Source of the DNA: a virus
Lineage: Duplodnaviria; Caudoviricetes
Reading direction: 5' to 3' (one strand)
Length of the DNA stretch: 27,029 nucleotides
Virus record (IMG/VR): IMGVR_UViG_3300012952_000105
Span: 1-27,029 of that record
The translations under genes and the position numbers were made by a program. How positions within the stretch are numbered: position 1 is the first letter of the stretch; each line of letters starts with the position of its first letter. The notes beneath the pieces were generated by a model. That model saw only the letters and a list, made by a program, of their open reading frames with translations, ran no database searches and had not been told where the DNA came from. Positions 18,701 through 25,070 of this stretch are shown here, one piece after another.

Positions 18701-19783
18701 ACACAAACCGTAGCTGGTAGATCAATACCAGCTTTGACAATTGAAATTTATGTTGGTAGTGGACATAATTTAAGTGTAGGAGATCCTGTACAGCTTTCTA
18801 TTAGTACTAATAATCCTTTAAATGGTATTTATACTGTTTCTGGAGTAGTTGATGCAAACTTTTTTCGAGTATCATTACCTTCTGTACAAAGTGGTGCTCC
18901 AACATTTTATTACGGTTCTGGACTTTTTCAGAAACAGACTTTTTTAGATCAACTTATACCAACAGGATCTTTTTGGGATGATTATGCAACTGATGGAAAT
19001 TTTGATGGTACTTCAGCAGATACAGTAAATTGTAAAATGTTAGTAGCTTCAATAGATATAGACCCTGTTTATAGTTCTTTAAATTATACCAATGGAACAA
19101 GTTTTACTTACGTTCAAGATGACGGTAGCGAAGATGGTACTACGACTGGAACTGTAATAACTGCCACTGCAACAGGCCATGGTCTTGCAGTTGGGGACAA
19201 TATTAGAGCAAGTTTTGGTAGTTCAAATAATGCAAATACTTTTTACACAATTAAAACAGTGCCAAATGCAAATAAATTTACTATAACTTCTCTCGTAAGT
19301 CAGGCTCTTACTAATAATTCAAATACATTTTTAAAATTCACAAAATTTGTCGGACTATCTAATGGTACTTTTAAGGGTAGAGCTTTTGCTTTTAAACTAG
19401 AATTAACAACTGGTAAACCTTTAGTTGAAAATATTAATATACAACAAGCAGGTATTGTAGCTTCGTTTACTGCAAGAACAGAAAATTCTTATCTAACAGG
19501 TAATGCAAGTAATCCAGTATCAATGGCTGCCCAACAGTCAGGCACATCACAAAAAAATATTACTTTTGCTAGACCATTTTTTACAGGTACATCAAGTCTT
19601 GGTGGTGCTAATGCCTTTAAACCAAATGTAGGTGTTACAGTTCAAAACTTATTATCAGGTGAATACGTTACATTATCTAGTATAAGTGGAACTGGATTTA
19701 CTATATTAATAAGAGACTCAGGTAATTCACCTGTTGATAGAAGTTTTACATTTACGGCTGTCGGTTATGGTAAAGGAGTGTAA
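15749..19783 (+). CDS. Tail tip / host specificity protein, lambda gpJ-like
   Basis: DLLSEGEIEG, RGIKVKIP, RYGLG, EARF.CN and FGCTSR.QA.R motifs; FnIII-like repeats; 1344 aa. Confidence 0.92.
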   Translation: MGKIIRGSKGPPAPREPVRAEDTLNSKEFATIQDLLSEGEIEGFATPSKKSIARNNANYNNACLADIFLNNTAVLNVSPDDTNFTTKLSSLTDSDFSFEDVTFIPKFGESNQKAVANLENANLQKTSNTVLTNSAVVTTSSFVDSPDLATEQHAAEVTIQFLALQKFETNGDVLGTEVNYQIQLQTNNGSFTTIVDETITGRSKDSYSREHTINLPNDTFGNANYTQAKIRVKRITADSDPDVIQDTFGVSRIEEVVYTPQEYKNCAYSTLRVSSEQFSSVPQRAFRIRGIKVKIPGAGANSSGTPTVDINTGRIQYPDNYIFNGTMGAAVWCTCPAMILLDVLTNQRYGLGVHISPDQSTDAKTYESIDLFSYVQASRYANEEVTLDDGTKEARFACNASIQGTVEAYTLINELAGVMRGFPIWQTGSITLTQDRPTDSSYLFSLSNVGEGGFSYSGSSLKQRHSVVSVSYFNMDSREIDYEIFEDTAAIAKLGIIKKTVKGFGCTSRTQAIRLAKAILFSEQQESEIVSFTTSIDAGAIVRPGSVISINDPVRSVERRSGRVKSATTTVITADSSQDLSTLQGTNQTLSVMLPDGKVETKTLAAGNSITNNVITLSSALSQVPSANAIWMLSSSGTGGVEPQTFRVISVEEQDGVNYAITALTYIAGKYANIEQDEPLPVRNLSLLNQPKSPPSGLVAEERIIVKNKLAIVKIILSWVAVTGVSQYQVQYRFNNANWVVQDVFRPDFELEGTEAGTYEFRVFSYNAALKISLTSTDLTFDAAGKNAPPADVQNLQMEPVDVKNVRLKWDQSVDPDVLHGGRVYVRHSSVTDGTGTFNNAIDLVNALAGNSTEQIVPALEGEYILRFQDDQGNFSTGSASVLVDLPDVLDTQIILDSGSRQDLLSYSGRKINTEVDSTNLRIIQATGVTDGVYIFQDGSAMGATFDLGRVYSLDLKRFIKSVGVQVQLPPRQYQNAYLNNTTSTQTVAGRSIPALTIEIYVGSGHNLSVGDPVQLSISTNNPLNGIYTVSGVVDANFFRVSLPSVQSGAPTFYYGSGLFQKQTFLDQLIPTGSFWDDYATDGNFDGTSADTVNCKMLVASIDIDPVYSSLNYTNGTSFTYVQDDGSEDGTTTGTVITATATGHGLAVGDNIRASFGSSNNANTFYTIKTVPNANKFTITSLVSQALTNNSNTFLKFTKFVGLSNGTFKGRAFAFKLELTTGKPLVENINIQQAGIVASFTARTENSYLTGNASNPVSMAAQQSGTSQKNITFARPFFTGTSSLGGANAFKPNVGVTVQNLLSGEYVTLSSISGTGFTILIRDSGNSPVDRSFTFTAVGYGKGV

Positions 19784-19805
19784 TATGGAGGAAAAGATTT
19801 TTTAA

Positions 19806-20933
19806 ATGTCTCAGGTATCAGACTACGATATTGCTAATGCTTCGGGTGCTGCGGTTCGTTCCGACATAAACTTAGTTTTTGATGCGATAAAAACTTTAAA
19901 TAGTGGCAGTGGAGATCCTACTGGTGCTGTTGCATTTATGTTATATGGTGATACTTCAGATAATATTTTAAAAGTAAGAAACTCTGCAAACTCTTCTTTC
20001 ACTGAAATTGGTAGTATTAACGAGGCAAATTTAGGTTTATTACCTATAAATGGTAATACTGCTATGACAGGTGGATTGCAGTTAAGAACAACAGGTTCTG
20101 CAACTGATTTACCTGTGAAATTTAGTAGTGATACTGATACTGGATTTGGTAGGTTTGCTTCAAATACACTTAATTTTGTATGTGGTGGCACTGAAAAATT
20201 AACTCTTACTGCAACTACCTTAGAATTAGGTGATAATGTAGACCTTAAATTAAAAAATGGTTCAGTTGCCATTAAGTTTGAATATGAAGGTAGTGGTAAT
20301 TTAAATTTTGCTCTCCCAGTGGCAGATGGGGCTAATGGAAGTGTTTTACAAACAAATGGCTCTGGAACGTTATCTTTTGTAGCAATACAAGGTGTACCGA
20401 CTGGAACTATATTTTGTTTTGCTGTTGCCTCTGTACCGACAGGTTATTTAGAATGTAATGGTCAATCTACAACTGGTTTTACTGCTTTGGCTGCTCTTGT
20501 AGGTGCTACTGTACCTGATCTTAGAGGTGAATTTGTTAGGGGTTGGGCTAGTAATACGACTGATTCAACAAGAGATCAAGGTCGACAAATTGGACAAGGT
20601 CAATCAGATGATATAACAAGCCATACGCATACTGCCAGTGGTACGGCTAGTGATCATAGACACACTTATGCTTTTGGACAAGGTAGTGACGCTGCTATAG
20701 GAGCTAATTTTGGTGGATCAGGAATTGCAAGTGTTAACTCAAGTGGAGGTCAAATAGCAGAATTAGAACAATCTGGTAGCCCTGATGGTCAACATTTTAA
20801 AGGTTTTACTGCACAGACTGGAGGAACAACAAACTCAGGAGGAACTGTACCGTTAACTGTTACTAACTCACCTACTGGAGGCACTGAAACTAGACCTCGT
20901 AACGTAGCATTAATGTACATAATAAAAACTTAA
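19806..20933 (+). CDS. Tail fibre with phage tail collar domain
   Basis: VPTGTI..FA...PTGYLECNG...PDLRGEFVRGW and C-terminal ETRPRNVALMYIIK; GGAGG upstream. Confidence 0.85.
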   Translation: MSQVSDYDIANASGAAVRSDINLVFDAIKTLNSGSGDPTGAVAFMLYGDTSDNILKVRNSANSSFTEIGSINEANLGLLPINGNTAMTGGLQLRTTGSATDLPVKFSSDTDTGFGRFASNTLNFVCGGTEKLTLTATTLELGDNVDLKLKNGSVAIKFEYEGSGNLNFALPVADGANGSVLQTNGSGTLSFVAIQGVPTGTIFCFAVASVPTGYLECNGQSTTGFTALAALVGATVPDLRGEFVRGWASNTTDSTRDQGRQIGQGQSDDITSHTHTASGTASDHRHTYAFGQGSDAAIGANFGGSGIASVNSSGGQIAELEQSGSPDGQHFKGFTAQTGGTTNSGGTVPLTVTNSPTGGTETRPRNVALMYIIKT

Positions 20934-20935
20934 TT

Positions 20936-21280
20936 ATGGCAATCGAACCTGGTATATACAACTTCACGCTCCAACGAAGATCGGATCATACGATTCCGCT
21001 TATTTTTAAGGATTCTAATAATGCTGCAATAAATTTAACTGGATTTACAGTAGCAGCACAGGTTTGGGAGCAAACACGCACCACAAAATATGCTGATTTT
21101 GCTGTTACCTATACCGATAGGACTGCTGGATCTGTCAGCATTACTCTTACAGATACTCAAACTGCTACGTTTACTCCTGATATTTTAAGATATGACGTTT
21201 TAATAATTGATGCAGGTGGGTCTAAAGAATATTATTTAGAAGGTACAATATATATGAGTGAGGGCTATACAACAACATGA
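20936..21280 (+). CDS. Putative fibre adaptor (small beta-sandwich-type protein)
   Basis: INLTGFTVAAQV...G..S.TLT..QT...YDV...YYLEG.I pattern within the fibre module. Confidence 0.55.
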   Translation: MAIEPGIYNFTLQRRSDHTIPLIFKDSNNAAINLTGFTVAAQVWEQTRTTKYADFAVTYTDRTAGSVSITLTDTQTATFTPDILRYDVLIIDAGGSKEYYLEGTIYMSEGYTTT

Positions 21281-21513
21281 CTTCAGTAAACATTACAACT
21301 GAAAGAAACACTGTCACTGTTAATGGTGATACTAATGTTGTTACAGTTGCAACGCAAGGTCCACAAGGTCCACAGTTTAGTAGCACAAATTCTTTATTGG
21401 TAGACAACAATAAAGTAAACAACTCTGTAGTGTATTTTGACCAAAGTAGTGGTACATTTAAAGCAGATCAAACTCGCACCGTTGAAAATCTCGTAGACGG
21501 AGGAAACTTTTAA
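21277..21513 (+). CDS. Short fibre-associated protein with a collagen-like GPQGPQ and C-terminal VDGGNF
   Basis: ATGA overlap upstream; 9-bp tandem CAAGGTCCA near 21355-21372. Confidence 0.6.
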   Translation: MTSVNITTERNTVTVNGDTNVVTVATQGPQGPQFSSTNSLLVDNNKVNNSVVYFDQSSGTFKADQTRTVENLVDGGNF

Positions 21514-22686
21514 ATGGCAAACACCCTAAGAATTAAAAGATCTACTGGATCGTCAGCACCTACTTCATTAGCTAACGCAGAACAAGCGTTTACAGAAGGA
21601 ACTGAAACCCTGTTTATTGGTAAAGGAACGGGTGGTGCTGGAGGTTCAGCTACAAGTGTTATAAAAATTGGTGGTAAAGGTGCATTTTTTGATAAAGATA
21701 CCGTAAGAAGTGCAAATGCAGTTTTATCTGGTCCTACTACTGGAAGTGACGCTGCTCCTACATTTAGAGCATTAGTAGCTGCTGATATTCCAACGATTGC
21801 ACATACAAAAATATCTGACTTTGATACAGGAGTTAGAACAAATACTTTAAACCAAATGGCTGCTCCTACTGGTGCAGTTTCATTAAACTCCCAGAAGATA
21901 ACAGGATTAGCAGATCCTACTGCTGATGCTGATGCTGCAAATAAAGGTTATGTGGATGGAGTCGCACAGGGATTAGATGTCAAAGATTCTGTGGTCGCCA
22001 CAACTACTGCGAATGGTACACTATCTTCTGCGTTTGCTAATGGTCAATCTATAGATGGTGTTACTTTACAAACTGGTGATCGAATATTAATTAAGAACCA
22101 AAGTACAGCATCACAGAATGGTATTTATAATGTTCAAGCATCTGGAGCACCATCAAGAGCTACAGATATGGCTACAGGAGCTAATGCTGCTGGTGCTTTC
22201 GTCTTTGTAGAACAGGGAACAGTAAACGCAGAAAACGGATTTACCTGTACTTCTGATACTGGATCTGCTGTTGTTGGAACGAATAACCTAACATTTGCAC
22301 AGTTCTCTGGTGCTGGTCAGATAATAGCTGGTGATGGTCTTGATAAATCTGGTAATACTTTATCTGTTGATCTGAAAGCTAATGGTGGTCTTGTAATTGA
22401 ATCTACAGAAATTGCTGTAAAATTAGACGCTAGTTCAATCACTGGAACGCTTGCTATAGGAGATGGTGGAACAGGAGCTACAACAGCCACAGCAGCCCTT
22501 ACAGCACTTGGTTTATCTAACTATGCAAAGACATTGATAGATGATGCGGATGCTGCTGCTGCCCGTACAACACTAGGATTAGGCAGTATTGCTACACAAG
22601 CTGCCAACTCTGTTGCAATAACAGGTGGTTCGATCACAAACCTAACAACATTTGATGGTATAACCGTTGACGGTGGTAGCTACTAA
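21514..22686 (+). CDS. Tail fibre protein
   Basis: N-terminal MAN..RIKRS...P..L...E; KITGLADP....DAANK.YVD; GDRILIKNQ....QNGIY; GGTGATTA repeats. Confidence 0.8.
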   Translation: MANTLRIKRSTGSSAPTSLANAEQAFTEGTETLFIGKGTGGAGGSATSVIKIGGKGAFFDKDTVRSANAVLSGPTTGSDAAPTFRALVAADIPTIAHTKISDFDTGVRTNTLNQMAAPTGAVSLNSQKITGLADPTADADAANKGYVDGVAQGLDVKDSVVATTTANGTLSSAFANGQSIDGVTLQTGDRILIKNQSTASQNGIYNVQASGAPSRATDMATGANAAGAFVFVEQGTVNAENGFTCTSDTGSAVVGTNNLTFAQFSGAGQIIAGDGLDKSGNTLSVDLKANGGLVIESTEIAVKLDASSITGTLAIGDGGTGATTATAALTALGLSNYAKTLIDDADAAAARTTLGLGSIATQAANSVAITGGSITNLTTFDGITVDGGSY

Positions 22687-22706
22687 TCTTAAGGAGGTTA
22701 TAGCTC

Positions 22707-24719
22707 ATGGCTAACGTAATAAAACATAAAAGAGGTTCTGGTAGCGATCCAGCAGCTAGTGATCTTGTTGTCGGTGAAGTAGCGATAAGAACTGATGTTG
22801 GTAAGTTATTTACCAAGATGGATAATGGATCTGTTTCTGAAATAGCTGGTGGTGGTAGCGATATTATTATCAATACACTTAGTTCATCTTCTGCAACTGG
22901 TGGAGGTAGTGCAACATTTAATGGATCGGCATATAGATTTACATTAAGCCAACCTCCTTCTGTATCAGCACAACAATTATTGGTAAGTATTAATGGTGTC
23001 ATCCAAAAGCCAGTAGCAGGAACAGGTCAGCCAAGTGAAGGTTTCAGTGTTAGTGGTAATGATATTATCCTGGGTGACGCTCCAGCAACAGGAGCAGACT
23101 TTTTTATTCTTACATTTAAGAGTCTTGGAGTAAGTGAACCAGCAGACAATAGCGTTACGAGTGCCAAGATAGTAGATGGGGCGATTGTAAATGCTGATAT
23201 AAACGCAAGTGCAAATATAACAGGCACAAAAATTTCTCCTAACTTTGGATCGCAAAATATATTAACTACAGGAAAATTAGGTGTAGGAACCACAAGTTTA
23301 AACAGTGTATTTCCTGTTACTATTCAAGCTCAATATCCAGGAATACAGTTTTTAGATGCACAGGGAACTGATAGTTTTGGAATAAATGCAGATGGTGGTG
23401 TTTTAAAATTACAAGTTGGCGTAGGAGGATCTGGGCCTACACAGATATTGCAAATAGCAACTGCTTCAACAACAATAACAAATAATTTAAACGTTAGTGC
23501 TGGTATTGACGTAACAGGAAATATCACTGCAACAGGAAGCCTATCTATTACAAGTGCTGCACCAGAAATATTTTTAACTGATTCTAATGCTAATTCAGAC
23601 TTCAGTATTGTTGTTAATACTGGTCAATTTAGAATAAGGGATGAAACAAATAGTGCAAATAGACTTGCTGTTAACAGTGATGGTCACGTTGATATATATG
23701 AAAATTTAGAAGTTGGTGGAAATATAGAAATTAATAATGCACCACCTTGGAGTGTAGCTGGTGGTAATTACGCAAATATTTCTCTATCAGGCAACGATGG
23801 CTCTTCATCTGGTTTTATTTATATGGGTAGTGGTGCTGCTACTACTAATGCTGATTTTGATTTAGGTCGAATTAATTTTTTAAATAATACAACAATTACG
23901 GCTCAAATTACAGGTACTACACACACAAGTGCTAATGATGATGGAAGACTTGTTTTTTATACAAAAGAAACTGGTCAGACTATGGCAGAACGCCTCCGTA
24001 TTACGTCTACTGAAGCTACTTTTAGTCAAAATATATTACTTGAGGGAGGTAGTGCACACGCATATCCACATATTAGATTACATTCAAGTGCTGCTAATGT
24101 AAGAAAATGGACTATCTATAATGGTCAAAGTTGGAATCCTGATGCACTATTAATTTATGATACAGATGCGGATTCTACAGCACTAACAATAGAAACTAAT
24201 AAATTAGGTGTTAATAAAGGAGCAAGCAGTTTAACGGAGACTTTAGAAGTTGGTGGTAATGCCTCTATCACAGGAAACTTAAAAATAGCGACTTCTGGTA
24301 ACGGTATTGACTTTAGTGCTGTATCTGATGGATCTAGATCCGTTTCTAGTAATTTATTAGAGGACTATGAAGAAGGCACTTTTATACCAACTTTAGGTTG
24401 GGGTTTAACCCCTACTACAGCAACAGGTCGTTATACAAAAGTAGGGCGTTTGGTAACTTACACACTTCAGTTAATCTGGCCGACAAACACTAATGGTAAC
24501 TATGTTTTGATGGGCAGTTTACCGTTTAGCGGAATGGCTGGTGGTAATGCTGGTGGTGGTTTTATTAGATATACAAATTACAGCGGTGGAAGTGACCTTT
24601 CATTTCATCAAAATTCTAATAACACTATTACTATCTATAACGACAGTGGAACTACTATTACGAACCAAACACTTTCTGGTAAGAGAATTGATTTAGTTGG
24701 TTTTTACTATGTTGCCTAA
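22707..24719 (+). CDS. Tail fibre / receptor-binding protein
   Basis: N-terminal MAN.IKHKRG...L..GE.A; LLVSINGVIQKP; ERLRI-type repeats; C-terminal GIDFS...DYEEGTF.P...GRYTKVGR.V domain; AAGGAGG SD. Confidence 0.85.
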   Translation: MANVIKHKRGSGSDPAASDLVVGEVAIRTDVGKLFTKMDNGSVSEIAGGGSDIIINTLSSSSATGGGSATFNGSAYRFTLSQPPSVSAQQLLVSINGVIQKPVAGTGQPSEGFSVSGNDIILGDAPATGADFFILTFKSLGVSEPADNSVTSAKIVDGAIVNADINASANITGTKISPNFGSQNILTTGKLGVGTTSLNSVFPVTIQAQYPGIQFLDAQGTDSFGINADGGVLKLQVGVGGSGPTQILQIATASTTITNNLNVSAGIDVTGNITATGSLSITSAAPEIFLTDSNANSDFSIVVNTGQFRIRDETNSANRLAVNSDGHVDIYENLEVGGNIEINNAPPWSVAGGNYANISLSGNDGSSSGFIYMGSGAATTNADFDLGRINFLNNTTITAQITGTTHTSANDDGRLVFYTKETGQTMAERLRITSTEATFSQNILLEGGSAHAYPHIRLHSSAANVRKWTIYNGQSWNPDALLIYDTDADSTALTIETNKLGVNKGASSLTETLEVGGNASITGNLKIATSGNGIDFSAVSDGSRSVSSNLLEDYEEGTFIPTLGWGLTPTTATGRYTKVGRLVTYTLQLIWPTNTNGNYVLMGSLPFSGMAGGNAGGGFIRYTNYSGGSDLSFHQNSNNTITIYNDSGTTITNQTLSGKRIDLVGFYYVA

Positions 24720-24762
24720 TAGACCGCAGCTACGTCTTAAAACTAAGCACCATAAACCTGTT

Positions 24763-24777
24763 AAGTCTGGAGGACTT
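24763..24777 (+). promoter_or_regulatory. Hairpin containing the SD (GGAGG) of the 94-aa gene
   Basis: AAGTC-TGGAG-GACTT; GGAGG at 24769-24773, ATG at 24784. Confidence 0.4.
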
Positions 24778-24783
24778 TCCTAA

Positions 24784-25068
24784 ATGGCATTATCTGAATC
24801 AATCGAATACGACAAAATAGAGGTCGTGGGCATCTATAAAGCGGTGCAGGTAAGAAAAGCGACAGTCATCAAAAAAGATGGTGTAGAACTTGCAAGATCT
24901 TTTGAAAGATATGTATTGCAAGCTGGTACGTTAGATGCTTCAGATAATTTAGTAGATACAGATTTATCAAGCGAACCAGCAGAAGTTTCAGTAATTTGTA
25001 ATGCTGTATGGACTACTGATGTAAAAGCTGCGTGGAAAGCTAAACTAATAGCAGATAAGGTTGTATAA
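24784..25068 (+). CDS. Small fibre-associated protein (possible fibre chaperone)
   Basis: DKIEVV...VQVR.ATVI..DG.E..RSF.R.V...ICNAVWT pattern; sits between two fibre genes; strong SD. Confidence 0.65.
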   Translation: MALSESIEYDKIEVVGIYKAVQVRKATVIKKDGVELARSFERYVLQAGTLDASDNLVDTDLSSEPAEVSVICNAVWTTDVKAAWKAKLIADKVV

Positions 25069-25070
25069 AA

